Source: Stegostoma tigrinum
Lineage: Eukaryota
Direction: 5' to 3'
NCBI RefSeq assembly: GCF_030684315.1
Contig: NC_081369.1
Coordinates: 9,400,035 to 9,464,034 of the forward strand
Length of the DNA: 64,000 nucleotides
In this document: piece by piece, positions 26,940-42,123 of the stretch
How the letters are laid out: each line of letters starts with the position of its first letter
Position numbering within the stretch: position 1 is the first letter of the stretch
The notes under the pieces: model-generated
Told to the model about the DNA's origin: nothing
Seen by the model: only the letters and a program-made list of their open reading frames with translations
Databases searched by the model: none
Position numbers and translations under genes: made by a program

Positions 26940-27640
26940 GATAGCATACAAGTTTAGCAGGTGATAGGGAAGGCAAATAAATTGGTGGCCCTCATTCCAA
27001 ATGTAATAGAGCATAAAAACGGAGAAATTTTGCCAAAACTATACAAAGCACCTGTTACTACAATCCTGGAAGACAGTGAACAGTTTTGTTTTAACAAACG
27101 TATCTGCACATTGAAATGATGGCAGTGGAGGCAGCCCAGTGAATATTATCCAAGTTGATCCATATACAGAAGTCCTGTCTTACAAGGAGAGGTTGTGTAG
27201 GTTGGGCTGTAACCATTGGAGTTTAAAAGAATGACTGGCAACGTCTTAAAGCATGTACAATTCTTAGGGACTTGACAGGATACATGCAAAAAAAGTTGCT
27301 TCTCCTCATGAGATAGTCTAAAACTATAGCCTACTTTAACCTCAGAGAAATGGTTCACTCATTTAAGAAAGTGATAAGGAGAAATTTCTCCTGTCAGAGA
27401 GTATTGGATCAATTGAATTGTTCACCATAGAGGGCTGTAGAGGTTGAATTGCTGAGTATGTTCACGGCTGAAATAGGCAGATTTCTAATCAGTAAGAGTC
27501 ACAAGGTTGATAGGGAAAAGTTAGAAGAATGAAATTGAAGATGATCAGATGTGTCACAGACTGTTTGAATAATAGGACAGACTCAATTGGCCGAATCACC
27601 TCCATCTGCTCCTAGGTATTATCTCTTATAGTGTTATGGA
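26940..27640 (+). mobile_element. Decayed CR1 3' region
   Basis: Colinear similarity to the CR1 ORF2 C-terminus and 3' UTR. Confidence 0.7.
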
Positions 27641-27959
27641 ACAAAGCCACTGAACTGATTAAAGCTATTGCCATGTTAATGAGAAAATCAATAAATTTGA
27701 ACAGGATTTGGAAAATGTAGGATAACAAAACAGTTGGGGAAAACAGTGAAAGTTTCTCAAATGATGACTAATTCAGAGGAAATGTGGGAGTGGGGTGTAA
27801 TTAACCTATGCAGAAGGCAAAAACATATCATGTGGATAAAATAGAAAATGATGAGTGAAAGAGCAAAGGTTTTGGAGCAGTTTTCTTAACCTGAAATAAA
27901 AAATTCTGTTAGAGCATTACACAAATGTTTGAAGAAGACAACCTGAAAGCTGATCAGCC

Positions 27960-28320
27960 CATTGAGTATTGGAGCTTGAGCCTACTTTTGGAGGACTGTA
28001 TGCAGCTCTGGTTGTTCTGCCAAATGAAGCATATTGTTAAATTGATGCAGCAACAGAAAATATTTGCAAGTAAGTTCCTGGGCCTGGAGTGTTTGAGTTA
28101 TAAGGAAAGGCTGGATGTTTTGCACCTCTTACCACTGGAGTATAGGAGATTGATGCATGTCCTTAAAGAACTTCATAAAATCATGCGGGGTGTACACAAA
28201 GTGAATAGCAATGGTATTTTTCGTAATGTTGTGGAGTTGAAAACTAGAGGGCATAATTTTAACGTGAGAGGAGAAGGATTTAATAGAGAACTGAGTGTTC
28301 GTATGTGAAATGAACTGCGA
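27960..28320 (+). mobile_element. Decayed CR1 ORF2 C-terminal fragment
   Basis: GLECLSYKERL...KIMRG...KTRGHNFNVRGE. Confidence 0.8.
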
Positions 28321-28942
28321 AAGATAGAAGCTGCTGAAGAAGTCAAACCTTTTTTCCCCTCTCTTGCTTCCTGCTAGAAAGTGGGGTTTCTCTTCATTCT
28401 ACAAATGTTGCATGTAGGAAAGCCTGATTTTTGAATTTGCCTTTTTGCCAATGGCTATGGTTATGGGATTTTACTATATTAGAGCAGTGAATTAGTAATG
28501 GTTGCTCTATTTATTTTCTGTTAAGTTTTCCAGTAGAATTGTTATTCCAAGTTCTTCCTTCTTTTGTTGAATTTAAACTATAGTTTTGAATACATTGTGT
28601 TTTGCTTAATATCAACTAGATTGACCATTCCAATTGCATTTGGACACAGCATCTCCCATTTACCGTTAAAATAAGAAAATGTTAGGTTCTGGGCTCAAAA
28701 GCAGAAATTGCTGGAATAGCTCAGCAGCTCTGGCAGCATCTGTGGAGATAGAACAGAGTGAGTGCTTTGGTTCAAGTTATCTTTCCTCAGAACTGAGGGT
28801 CTACATTACATTCTTAATACATTTTGACGGCTGGTCCATAGCAGTTGTCCTTGTGAATATGCACATCCATTGTTTTTACTTCCTCTCCTTTAGAGGATTG
28901 TGTAGACAAGTATAACTGCTGTTAGTATTCATTGACTCACAG

Positions 28943-29258
28943 TTACTATTGATGTATCTGTTCAATTAAAACAAGGCCCTGAAATCATGACTGCCACCAA
29001 AAACCGAGCCATTACCTTCTCCTGCACATTCCCTCTTCTGAAATAATCTAGCAGTGAATGTTTGCTTGATGAATCTTGGTGACACGACAATGCTGGGAAC
29101 AGGACTAAATGAAGGAAAGAATTTCACACCAAAAAGGGCAATGGCTCTTTGCAGCTGCTCAACATTAAGTGTGAAAGATGCATGGATCTATTTCTATGGA
29201 GTGTCATTTTAAAGCAAAGTAATTGGTAACTGGATTGCATCTCTGTTCATTGCACATG
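28943..29258 (+). pseudogene. Decayed VJ-type Ig V exon (paralogue 2)
   Basis: Acceptor gactcacag; VQLKQGPEIMTATKNRAITFSCTFPLLK* / VNVCLMNLGD / GNGSLQLLNI / SVKDAWIYFYGVSF*SKVIGNWIASLFIAH; donor decayed to G|ATATGT. Confidence 0.82.
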
Positions 29259-30764
29259 ATATGTATGATTACAGAAAAGAGATGAATAAGATGAGAATGC
29301 CCCACAACTCTGTTATAGCATTAGTGCAGGTTAGATTAGAATTGAATTGGTAAACCGCTCAGATTTGGGTGTGGAGGTTTAACATAAAGCCTAATTGAAA
29401 GGAGAATGCTTGGAATTTAATTCCTTAAAATTGATTTTTGATGGAATGTTCTTGCAAAAAAATTGCAGAAAAATGCATTTGTGTATTCAAAAGCTAAATT
29501 CCTGTCTATCTAAGGCACTCTTCTCCTCTTTAAAATATTTACAGTGCAAAATCACGTACAGTTGCTTTATGGAAACGTTTAGTCAGTAGTATGAAAAAAA
29601 GGAGATAGTGATGCACAATTTGTATTTTATTAATATAATGAAGCTTACAGAACTAATGTTAATGCAGGATGTTGCGTACGTCAGATGTAAAGAATGTCTA
29701 CTTATAAATATTTTAGAAATTAACTCGTTTAAAAACGTCTAAAACAATTCCATGCCATAATCTTAATCTGATCAGATTTCTCTTCATGACCTTCAAGATA
29801 ATGTTGTATTTGTGGTATTTCTTGGTCTCGAGAAATGTTAAAAAGATAAATTTTCACATCGTGGAAAATGTACTGCCTAGGTACGAATAATCAACAGTTC
29901 CTGCTTCATACAAACAGTATTTAATACCAAAAAGGGATCAACCATTTCAATTGAAGAATCACTCTTCCTTAATCGTAACTGAGAAGCATATAAAATGAGA
30001 AGAGTAGTAGGCTATTTGACCCATGAATAGAGACAATTTATTTAATTCATCAGCTTGTATTTATAAACTACACATTCTTTTTGGGTAAGATTTCCAAATG
30101 CTTGGAAATGATGCAACCACATTATGGAGAATTGTTAATGATTGAGAGCAACATTTATGTAATTGGGAAGATAATTGACAAAGGAGAGGTAATACTGAAA
30201 ATATTGTACATTCAGTGAAAGTACTTAAAGGAGCAATACTTTGGATTAAATATAAGTTTCGCAGAATGTTCAGAACAATGACTCGGAACTTCACATGAGA
30301 ATAACATCTTCAACTGTCCAGAGAACAAGAGTGAATTATTGATAAACCAAGTGGATGAAGAGCCAAATCAACATTTCCAGATAAGGACAGAGATTTCTGA
30401 AGCTTTGTGATGATCTGTTAAGAGCACTGCACAATGGGGATCATCATTTCACAAAAGACAAAGGCACTTGCACTGAACTGGGTGAATCCAAGTGTTATAG
30501 AAATGTTGGAAGATGTAAGAGTCTATAGATTGGGAGAGAAGGGAAAAAGAAATGTGATACAGTTAAGACACATTCAGCATTGATTCAGAACAATGGGCCC
30601 TTTGTTTAAATTAACAAAACTAATTTTTAAATTGAAAATTAGCCAAACACTCACTTATAAATATTTAGAGAACTTGCCATGGTTAAATGTGGATGAATGA
30701 AATTCTACATCAACAGGAATCATGAAAGAGTGAGATAACTTTTCTTGCTCTTGACTATTTTAAA

Positions 30765-32890
30765 GATTTAGGGAGCATAGGATGGGGAAGGAAACTGCAG
30801 GGGATGGGCACATTAGAAATGTGGAGCTTATTCAAGGAAAAGCTCCTGTGTGTCCTAGATAAGTATGTACCTGTCAGGCAGGGAAGAAGCTGTAGAGTGC
30901 GGGAGCCGTGGTTTACGAAGGAGGTGGAATCTCTCTTCAAGAGGAAGAAGAAGACTTATGTTAGGATGAGATGTGAAGGCTCAGTTAGGGCACTTGAGGG
31001 CTACGAGGTAGCCAGGAAAGACACAAAGAGAGAGCTCAGAAGAGCCAGGAGGAGACATGAAAAGTTGTTGGCGGATAGAATCAGGGTAAACCCTAAGGCT
31101 TTCTATAGGTATTTAAGGAATAAAAGAATGACGAAAGTAAGATTAGGCCCAATCAAGGATAGTAGTGGTAAGTTGTGTGTGGAGTCAGATGAGATAGGGG
31201 AAGCGCTAAATGAATATTTTTCAACAGTATTCACTCTAGAAAATGAAAATGTTGTCGAGGAGTATATTGAGATACAGGCTACTAGACTAGGTGGGATTGA
31301 GGTTCACAAGGAAGAGGTATTAGAAATCCTACAGAGAGTGAAGATAGATAAGTCCCCTGGGCCGGATGGGATTTATCCTCGGATCCTCTGGGAAGCCAGG
31401 GAGGAGATTGCTGAGCCTTTGGCATTGATCTTTAACTCGTCATTGCCTACAGGAATAGTGTCAGATGACTGGAGGATAGCAAATGTGGTTCCCCTGTTCA
31501 AGAAAGGGAGTAGAGACCACCCTGGTAATTATAGACCAGTGAGCCTTATCTCAGTTGTTGTAAAGTGTTGGAAAAGGTTATAAGGGATAGGATTTATAAT
31601 CATCTAGAAAAGAATAAATTGATTAGGTATAGTCAGCACGGTTTTGCGAAGGGAAGGTCGTGCCTCACAAACCTTATTGAGTTCTTTGAGAAGGTGACCA
31701 AACAGGCAGATGAGAGTAAACCGGTTGATGTGGTGTATATGGATTTGGGCAAGGCGTTCGATAAGGTTCCCCACAATAGGCTATTGTACAAAATGCGGAG
31801 GAATGGATTTGTGGGTGATATAGCAGTTTGGATCGGAAATTGGGTTGCTGAAAGAAGACAGTGGGTGGTCGTTGATGGGAAATGTTCATCCTGGAGAGCA
31901 GTTACTAGTGGTGTACCGCAAGGGTCAGTGTTGGGTCCACTGCTGTTTGTCATTTTTATAAATGACCTGGATGAGGGCGTAGAAGGATGGGTTAGTAAAT
32001 TTGCAGATGACGCTAAGGTCGGTGGAGTTGTGGATAGTGACGAAGGATGCTATAGGTTGCAGAGAGACATGGATAAGCTGCAGAGCTGGGCTGAGAGGTG
32101 GCAAATGGAGTTTAATGCAGACAAATGTGAGGTGATGCACTTTGGTAGGAGTAACCGGAAGGCAAATTACAGGGCTAATGGTAAGATTCTTAGTAGTGTA
32201 GATGAGCAGAGAGATCTCGGATGTCCATGTACACATATCCTTGAAAGTTGCCACCCAGGTTGACAGGGCTGTTAAGAAGGCATACAGTGTTTTAGCTTTT
32301 ATTAATAGAGGGATCGAGTTCCGGAACCAAGAGGTTATGGTGAAGCTGTGCAAAACTCTGGTGCGGCCGCACTTGGAGTATTGTACACAGTTCTGGTCAC
32401 TGCATTATAAGAAGGATGTGGAAGCTTTGGAAAGGGTGCAGAGGAGATTTACTAAGATGTTGCCTGGTATGGAGGGAAGGTCTTACGAGGAAAGGCTGAG
32501 GGACTTGAGGCTGTTTTCATTAGAGAGAAGAAGGTTGAGAGGTGACTTAGTTGAAACATATAAAATAATCAGAGGGTTAGATAGGGTGGATAGGGAGAGC
32601 CTTTTTCCTGGGATGGTTACGGCGAACACAAGGGGGCATAGCTTTAAATTGAGGGGTGAAAGGTATAGGACAGATGTCAGAGGTAGTTTCTTTACTCAGA
32701 GATTAGTAAGGAAATGGAATGCTTTGCCTGCAACGGTAGTAGATTCGCTAACTTTAGGTACATTTAAGGCGTCATTGGATAAGCATATGGACGTATATGG
32801 AATAGTGTAGGTTAGATGGGCTTGAGATTGGTATGAAAGGTCGGCACAACATCGAGGGCCGAAGGGCCTGTACTGTGCTGTAATGTTCTA
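30765..32890 (+). mobile_element. 5'-truncated CR1 LINE, ORF2 reverse transcriptase with two frameshifts
   Basis: ORFs 30804-31583, 31565-32263 and 32202-32810 carry KSPGPDG, NYRPVSL, GVPQGSVLGP, FADD and RPHLEYC, followed by a CR1 3' UTR. Confidence 0.97.
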
Positions 32891-33974
32891 TTTTGCAATA
32901 TGTTGACACTAATTCGGTCCATATTAAACCATTCATTTTAATGATATGATTTGAACCATATGCTCACTTTGTAAAGAAATTGAAACCTCTACGGAGAAAA
33001 AGATGCATAAATTTACAGTCAATGGTTTTTCAGTTTGTTTGAGCTTTGTTCGTTCATGAGTATTATATCATTTCACATTCAAGCATTCTTTGTGGGCTGA
33101 AGGGCCTGTTCTGTGCTGTACTGTTCTATGTTCTCTATGTTCTATATCATGCCTGGAGAACTCAGCTATAAGGATCTGATGTATCATGATGTGTATGCAT
33201 TATTTTGTAAGATTTGCATTGCAATAAATCTTGGACACACTGACTGTATTTGCTAGCCATTCGCACAATTACTTAATTCGATACAGAATCTAAAATCACA
33301 CTGGGTTTTGATGTCATTTTCTCGGAGAAGCCATGCTTTCATCTGACTTCAGTCAAGTTTTCCTCAAACTGAATCCAGCAGCTTTTAATCATTTAAAAAA
33401 AGGACAATGGTCTGCAACAGCTGATGGCCCATTGTTTTCAATATCCAGTGGTAAACTCCCAATGTCTAAAAAATCATGAGTGCTCCAGACGTTGTTAAAC
33501 TTTCCTGTTCAGTATAACTCAGGAAGCCCGACTGGAAAGGATCATTGTATTTTGTTGAATATTAAAGACGAGCCGATGCTTGGGATATGCAGAGACTACT
33601 GCCAAGCCAGAACAGACAATTCTGCAGATGCATTCTGAATCTGCTTCTTTTTTTTCCTAAAAGAAAGATTAACCTGCTTTTGTAAGCAACATGTTCAGAG
33701 ATGTTTGTATGCAGCTCGGGAGTAGGTGGGACAAAAAGTTGTGTCTTCTGGTCCAGCAATAGGGACATTACCACTGTTCCACCAGAGGGTTCTTCCGTGT
33801 CTTTTAAAAAATCTAAATGTCATGCAACAACCATACACCATGAGACAAAAGTAAAACACTGATGCCGAAAATCTGAATTAAGCACAAAGAATGTTGGAGA
33901 AGCTCAGTGGCTCTGTTGATTTTTCAGTCCATGTGATATATCCCCATTGCTGTGAGGGAGGTTGTTTTAGCATT

Positions 33975-34990
33975 CCAGATAACATTTGAATTCATACCTA
34001 ACAAAGGGTTAATCAAAATGTAAGACCCGTGATGTTGCAGATAGTATATTGGTATGGATGGAAAATTGGCTCAAGGGTTGCCAACAGTGATTGGGGAGCA
34101 GGTGTTCTATTTCAGGATGTCAACTTGTAATCAGTGGGGCTCTACAAGGATCAGTGCTAGGACCAAGACTGTTTACAATACATGTTAATAACTTAGAAGA
34201 ATGAATTGAATACATTGCAACCACATTTTCAGACAACAGAAAAATGGGTAGAACAGGAGATGATATTGGAATCATCTAGGCCTGAAACATCAGCTTTTCT
34301 GCTCCTCTGGTGCTGCTTGGCCTGCTGTGTTCATTCAGCTCTACACCTCATTATCTCAAGATCATCAGGTAAATAAGTGGGAAAATTCTTGCAAGTAGAG
34401 TGTGAAATCAGAAAATGTGAAGCTTTTCATTTTAAAAGGGAGAACAAAAGAACAGATAATTCCTCAAGGTGGAACAAAAGGCTCCAAGATGCAGGGATTG
34501 GAGGTTACCTGTGCAAAAAACACAGAAAGCAAGTACACAGGTGCAGCAGGTAATTTGGAAAGTTAATGGAACATTGACCCTTATTCCAAGGGAGTTTGAA
34601 TATGAGCGTTAGGAAATCTGAATGCAACTGTCCAAGGTGATGATGAGACAATATCTGAAGTGTTATGAGCGGTGTTGTCTATATATAAAAGGAAAAATAT
34701 AGTTTCATTGAGGCTAGTTCCGTGAAGGTCCTCTAGGAATATCCCTGTTATAGAGATAATGTCTTATGAGCAACCACTAATACAGATTAGGAGTCTATTC
34801 ACTGCAGTTTGGAAGAATAAGAGATCATCTCATTGAAACACCTAGGACTCTTAAAGGGCTCGACAGGATCGATTCAGAGATGTTTCTCCTCCTGCGAGAG
34901 TCTACATGCAGAGTACTTAGTCTCAGAATAAAGGGGAACAAATTTTAGGGTCAGATAGGAGGAATTTCTTCTCTCAGAATGTTGACAGAG
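33975..34990 (+). mobile_element. Decayed CR1 RT region with nested Penelope-derived fragment (34272-34338)
   Basis: SGALQGSVLGP-like and FSDN (from FADD) remnants. Confidence 0.75.
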
Positions 34991-37654
34991 CTCCTTTGCT
35001 CATCATTTGTTAAAAAATAGTAAACTGAGTCCAGTCCATGTGACAAGAAATTTAAAGACTATTAGTAATTACTTCTGGTCATATTGGACATGTGCCAACT
35101 GTTCCTTCTAAGTCTCTGGGTCAAACTCCTGGGTCAACTTACAAAATGGAGGACTGCAGCTTTTCAAGAAGTCAGCTCACCACTGCCTTTTCAAGGGGAC
35201 CTGGGGACAAGCAAGAAATACTGACCAGCCAGCAGTGCCCATATAATAAAAATGAGAAACAAAGTTTGCCATCCCAGATTTTTATTTTATATCAAATTCA
35301 AATTTCACCATCAGTCATGACAGAATTCAAATCCGGGTCCATGGCTCATTATCTGATTTTATGGGTTAATAGTCTAGTGATAATACTACAAAACCAATAT
35401 CTCCCCAGTGGGTTGCCTGTTCCACCTATCTCCATCCTGCCTCGTCATGTTCTTGTTATTGTAAACTGAGACCAAAGGGCTAAATAACATCAATTTTCAC
35501 AGTGGGCTCCTTGGCTAATTTCATGATCTTGCATATGCACTAATCAATTTTAAACATAAGGCCTCCAATCTACAATAAAGTGATGCTGTGCCCATTTTGT
35601 CCAAGTAGTTTTCCAATGATACTTGTGATAACCTACTGTTGTTTCTTTGTGAGGAGGCGTTTGTCGGTTATAGATGGCGAAGGATCTTGTCTGAAAACAT
35701 TGGGCTAGGATTCACTTACAATGCATAGCAATCATCCTACAGTCCTCCGTCATAGTTGCGTTTGGTGTTGGTGTTAGTGGTGGATCAATCTGTTTCCCAG
35801 AGCCCACCTTAAGCAATTCTGTGCTTTCTTCTCATTCTTGCAGACCCTTGTTTTGACTCTTGTGCCCTTACTTTCTGCTTCATTTCCTGCCCATCAACCA
35901 ATAATCTGCTCAATTTGTGGCCTAATTCCTTGCAGTTTCGACACTTCAGGTGATGTTTCTCCTTCTTGTCTTATTCCATAATATTGGATATGCAGTCATA
36001 GAGTCATATGACAAAAGAGGCCCCTTGGCTGATCGATCTATTTACACTATTGCCGCTTCAGAGCATTTGGTCCATAGTCTTAAATGTTATGATTTCAAAC
36101 AGTTATTGAAATACTTTTTAAATGTTGTTTTACCAACTCAAAAGGTTTACCAACTCAACTACCCTCCTGGACAGTGGAATCCACAATCCTATCATCCTCT
36201 GGTTGAAATTAGTTTCTCCTCAAATGCCACTAAATCCCCCCTTCCTTTTCATTTAAAATTATTGCCTCTCCTAACAGAATCTTTCACGAAGAGGAATGCC
36301 TGTTTCCTATGCACCCTGTTAATGCCTCTCATAATCTTATACACCTCTGTCAGCAATTACCACTATCACCACCACCAGCCCGGATACTGCTGCTCTAACT
36401 TAAACAAGACGAGCCTGTTGCAGGGAGAAATAGCGAAGAGTATTCTTGAGATCTGTGTTCCATAATACAAGCAATTTTTATCTTGTGCGCTTTTGCTACA
36501 TATGTGGAAGAGGCCAGCGACGAATTTGAAGCTGACTTTCACATGGTACCCAGATGCCTTCTTAATACAGCCTAGATTGGAAGAGATGTCAATGATGGCC
36601 TAGGTTCCAAAACTGAATAGAACAATATTATACGTTTTGTGTTACAATAATCACACACGAAATTGATGTCATTGTTAGCCACATCTTCATAATATGAGCA
36701 TCCAATCTAGTAAACATATGATGAATGATGGATAATTGTATGGAGTCCCACATTCATTACCAATAACCTAAATATTTGTTTATCATTAAGAACTTTTCCA
36801 AATTTTGTATGAACTTCAGTGTGGCAGACTAGGAACGCCATTAATTTCTAGCATATATAACAAAATGTTTGAAATCAATAGTAGTATAAATTTTCTACAA
36901 TTTTGTGGCACAGATGACAAATTGAGAACAACTTTTCTCTGATTTGAGACGGGGGGGGGGGGTCAAGCAAACAGTCCTTCTGACTTGCAGCTGAAGTTTA
37001 TAACTCCTGCTGTTTGTGTGCTGTAAGTGACTTTTTAAAAAAGTTTCATTTTAAGATACATCTTTACTTTTTCTACACTTCCCATTACTAATTATCTTTT
37101 CTTAATAGAAAGCATGCATATGAATTCCACTGATGAGGGTGAAATTCAATCACTATACAGCTTTAAAAAGCTATTGTATGAAACTTGTTTAGATTGCACA
37201 AATAACTAGGGCAGATAACCATATGTTGCTCTGTATTTTGCAATTAAGTCTCACATGTTTGTTTCTCCTCTGTCGTCACCTCTCTTCTTACAACATTTCT
37301 CTGCCCTCCTTCTATGTCAATGGTCACTTGGAGATCATGTTTACACCATTTATTACTTTTCTCTAATAATGTTATAGGCCTCTTTAGTGCCTACAAACTT
37401 GATTACACTAATTTGTTGTTGCATTTCTAATTCTAAAATTACCTTAAAAGCTCAGAATACTTCAGCATCAACATTTTCCTTTCATTGTTTACAAAATCAT
37501 AAGTTCAGGACTGTGGTTTAACTGGGTCTTTCAAAAATGCCCCTTACTAAAATGATTATGTGTTTAGAACTGGTATAGTGATAGTAGGAACTGCTAATGC
37601 TGGAGAATCTGAGACAACATGGTGTGAAGCTGGATGAACACAGCAGGCCAAGCT

Positions 37655-38165
37655 GTCCAGTTTTGGTCGCCTCATTGCAGGAAAGATGTGGAAGAGGTGT
37701 AGAGGAGATTTACCAGGATGTTGCCTGGAATGGAGGGAAGATCTTAAGAGGAAAGGTTGAGAGAGCTAGGGCTGTTCTCTTTAGAATGGCAAAGGATGAG
37801 AGGGGGCTTCATAGAGGTGTACAAAATGATCAAAGGTGTAGATAGTATGGACAGCCAGAGGCTTTTTCCTAAGATGGAGGTAGCTATTATGAGGGGCATT
37901 GTTTTAAAGTGAGCGGAGGTAGATATAGGGGAGATGTCAAAAGTAGGTTCTTTATTCAGAGAGTGGTAGGGCTGTGGAATGCATTGCCGGAGAGGGTAGT
38001 GGAGTTGGCCTCATTAGGGCATTTAAGCAGCTATTAGACAGGCATATGGATGATAGTATATGGTAGAGGTGGAGGTTAGCTAGACCTTAGGTTTAGGATA
38101 AAACTTCGGCACAACATTGTGGGCTGAAGGGCCGGTACTGTGCTGTACTGTTCTATGTTCTATGG
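37655..38165 (+). mobile_element. CR1 LINE 3' fragment
   Basis: ORF2 C-terminus remnants plus tail ggctgaagggccggtactgtgctgtactgttctatgttct. Confidence 0.9.
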
Positions 38166-41100
38166 ACCACACTGGTGCTGTAAACTGAACTCCTCATTCA
38201 AAACATTGTTTTTCTTTCAGATTTCCACCACCATAGTTCTTTGAGTTATTTTTGTGTTTACGCACCTTCAAAATGTTTATAAGGAATCATCACCTCTCTC
38301 CTGGTTGGTAGTACAAATGAAATTTCATTTGGTAGTGACTGTTCTCCTTGACAATCATATCGGCTTCAGCTTTCTTTTGTATTGTGCCAAATACAACAAA
38401 CCAATGACTGCTGGTTCTATGAGCCTCCTTTGCATTTACTCTGAAATTGTCTTTTGTTTTATTTTTAATCTCCGAGACATTGACCAGTTCTGCAGCAACT
38501 GTGTTTAGCCTGGCTGCGATTGGGGGCGTATCTCTTCCTAAAGTGTCTGGGAATCTTTACCCCAACTCTCACATACATGTCATGGAGATTATACATGTAT
38601 TAATCTTCCATTACCTCAAGTTTATTCCAGAAATCCATATTTAATTTTTAAGAGTTGAATTGGCGAGCATTCCCATCGCCATCTGTTCCTCAACCAGTGT
38701 GAAGGGGGTGGATTCCACCGTTGACTGGCATTAATTACCCCGTTTATATGTCATTCCTTCTTGTAACATGAGGTGCACATCTGTTAGTGTGTTTGCTTCA
38801 GAGAGGCTATAGGAACTACCACATCATTGTTTGATGCTTGCTCCAAATCATCACAACATATGTTGTACTCTGTTGTTTATTTTTCTAAAACTTCTACGGC
38901 TCAAGTCTTTTTTTTATCAGCAGGCAACAGCAAGATGAGTCACTGTCTTGTAGTCTTTATAGCACTCATTACATTTTGTCTCATCTCAATTTGATTTTGT
39001 CATTTGTTTGATGGATTTTAAGCAGATAGTAATACTTAAAATATTCATATCACGCACTTCTGTCCCCTTTTGTCATTTTGAGTTTCTCAATATTCATTCA
39101 ATTGAACTGGAGATCTTCTGGGCTTTGTTCTCCCTTTTTCAACTGATTTATTTGTGTTTTGTTAATGTTGATCTATTATAGATCTGTTTCATGACTCCTA
39201 AAGTGATCATACACTATCAATGGTGCTGAACAAAGTTATTTGTCATTGGCTTGTGCTCATTAACCTTTGGCCACTGTCTCTCCATATGTTTCAATTTCAC
39301 CCATTTTGCGGGAAGATTTTGCCCAATTTTGAAAACTACTGGCTGCCAACTGCACAGATTCTGCATTCTCAGTTCCAGCCAACTCACAGGTTAATGGCTT
39401 TTGCAATCTGGGTCACATAATTCCTGATTTACACCTTAACTACATGTGGTAAAATAACCTGGCTGGTGTCTCCTGCAGTTAGTCTATCAGTTGCCTCAGG
39501 GACCTTGCTCATAGTGACAATTGTTGGGAATCTCAAGATACTCTGCAGGAGTCACTTTTAAATACAAGCAAGAAGCATTTTATTATTTGTGGAATGTATA
39601 CATTACAGGAACTCTCAAATTTCTCTGAGAGGCATCTCAAGAACTTAACTCATTTCTAGTGCTTTTTGACCACGCCATGTAAGATTACCCAATGGACCAT
39701 GATAAACTATATTACCTCGTTCTGACCAGTGCTTAATGTAATCCTAAACCAGTCACACAGGTAGCATACTGCAGAAGAGAACACAATTGCATGATTTGAG
39801 TGATCGTAGGTGTTCAGCATCATTTACCATGACTTTCCAGTGACTAACCCAGGTTTGTGATTCAATCTCTAGGTGACAGCAGTGATTTGACAATAGATGC
39901 ATTAGCCAGATGAGAGGAGTGGATTGATGCGCCACAGACTCTAGAAGTTGGTTGTAACATCCCTGAGCATTTTAATGAAAATAATAATAATAACAGATAG
40001 CTGCCCCTAGTGATCTTGACATGTAACAAGGAAGAGGAAGGTGCAGTGATTATGTCATTAAACTGAAATTTTTGAGGCTCTGTTGGTGTGGTTCAAATCT
40101 AACCAGAGCAGTTGGTAGAGTTTGAAATAACTAAAAATAAACAGGACTAACGTGGTTCCCTGGATTTAAGTCATCCTTGTTCAACAGGCTTGTAATGGCC
40201 TTTCTAAAAATTGGTTAGGAAGTATTTAAGATTTCACCTCAGTGACTGACGATAATGGACAACAAACAAAAGTCTTTGCTGAGAGGCAGTTTCCTAAGGA
40301 GATCTGAATCCTTGAACTACCAATGAATCTACCCAAGCTGATTGGCAAGAACTATATGACAATTGAAAGAAAAACTTCTTTGTTAACAGTTTGCCAGGCA
40401 CCTGGAAACAGACTTTAAAGGAAGGTTTCGGTGATACATGATAACAGCAATTCGGGACTGGGGTCTGAGGGTGAATGTTCATCATTGGACGAGAATTGTT
40501 TCCAATTTAGGTTCAACCAATCATTTCCATTTCCTCCCTTGGCATATTGTTTCCTGAACTTCAGGTGAGCTACAATGGAAGGTGATGTGGTGAACTCAGC
40601 CACTCAGGTTCAAAATGTAATCCTGAGGTGTGGCTGTACAGCCAAACTAGCGTGTCCACATCTTCAATTCCAGGAAATAAAAGTCAGTATGAAATCTCTT
40701 GGGCTGCCATATGAGGCAGACCAGACTTGGCTTTGACCACCCAGTTGGGGCGAGATATGTCTGTTTACAGTTTTAAGTCCGACACTGGAAATAAATTGTA
40801 CCTTGGGCTAAATGGGTTAAAAATGCAGAAGTTAATGCTTGAGTTTTCATGGATACATGCTATACCAAGCTTGCTGGATTTTTAGAACAATTTAGGGCTA
40901 ATACCCTGTTAGGTTGTGGGTCATCAAAATAAAGCTGGGAGAGGAAAAGTGCTCATCTCGGGGGGAGTAGTTCTCCTGATAATAACAGATATCAGGTTCG
41001 ATTCAGTATCACTTCATTAATCTCAGTCTTGAAATACAACTCAGTGATTCAAGGAGATGCTGAGGGATTGGATTTTTATTTGAAAGTATGAAGAAAATAA

Positions 41101-42123
41101 TGAAGAATCAAAAGCCAGGTTTAACTTACTTTTTCGGAAAGAAGCGTTTGAGGAACAGAGCACTGAGATGTAGTTGTGGGCCATTAATTGATTTTACAAG
41201 AAATGTACGTGCATTTGAGAAAATACCAACTTTTTGAGATGTCTGTTGAAGCTTTCTGAAGTGTTTCCTTTATTTCAATCCCTGCATTCATGTTACATTA
41301 GTCGCATTAGTTATCCCACAACAGCCAGTGCCTTGAAAGCTTCCACTGTTTTTGCCCTGGTAACATTGCATCCATCTCATCTACTCTTGATTCCTAATCA
41401 ATGTGACATAGATGGCCTTTTCAGTGCCTCCTTGTTATCTATTTTATTTAACTAAAATGCACGAAATACCAACCATTTCATTATGAGTAGAGCAGTGCTC
41501 TCTTGGTGATAATATTTGCAAAGTACCAATAAGCCGTGCTAACTTCTTCAATTGTTCAATCCACTGTTTGGATCGTAATTCATCAGAATCAATCATCCAC
41601 CAACCCTTTAGTCATTGTATTTCAACAGTATCTTTTTGGACTGCCTTTTCACCTTTCAGTCTCTCTTTTGGTTTCTTTAATCTGTTTTGTTAATTTAACG
41701 TAATCTAACATATTTGGGCCTGATTCTTCATTCTGTTAACCACTTGGCTTCTGTCACATGTTGCTCCATCTGGCTGCTGACAAAGACTCTGGGCCAAGAA
41801 TTAATAGTGGCATCTAATTGCTTAGTATTCTGAACTTATCTGCATCATTTGACATGCTCAACAAAACAGTCATCCATCAATTGTCCTGTGTCACACTCAA
41901 AGTGGTTGCACAAATGTGACTTATCAGCAAACAATTCCTTAGCATTTAAAATTTAACACTGGCCCACTTCCTTAATGGCTGCTCTCTTGTACACTTTTAC
42001 CTTGCTAGTCATCTTCGTCACACAGCCCCATTTTTGGTTCGAGGAGAAGGGAGGGTGGGAAGCACCAATGTACTGTTTCAGTTTTAAACACATCTTGATA
42101 TCAGGTTCTCTCAGACATGCAGT

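Larger units (their letters stand above)
26570..28532 (+). repeat. Pair of about 105-bp direct repeats (26570-26673 and 28427-28531), probably fragments of an LTR-type repeat
   Basis: ttttgaatttgcctttttgcca...atgggattttactatattaga...gaattagtaatggtt is present at both sites. Confidence 0.75.

Noticed and set aside
35950-36465. 171-aa ORF as a protein-coding gene
   Set aside because: Mostly the antisense strand of a decayed CR1 3' end; no recognisable domain.
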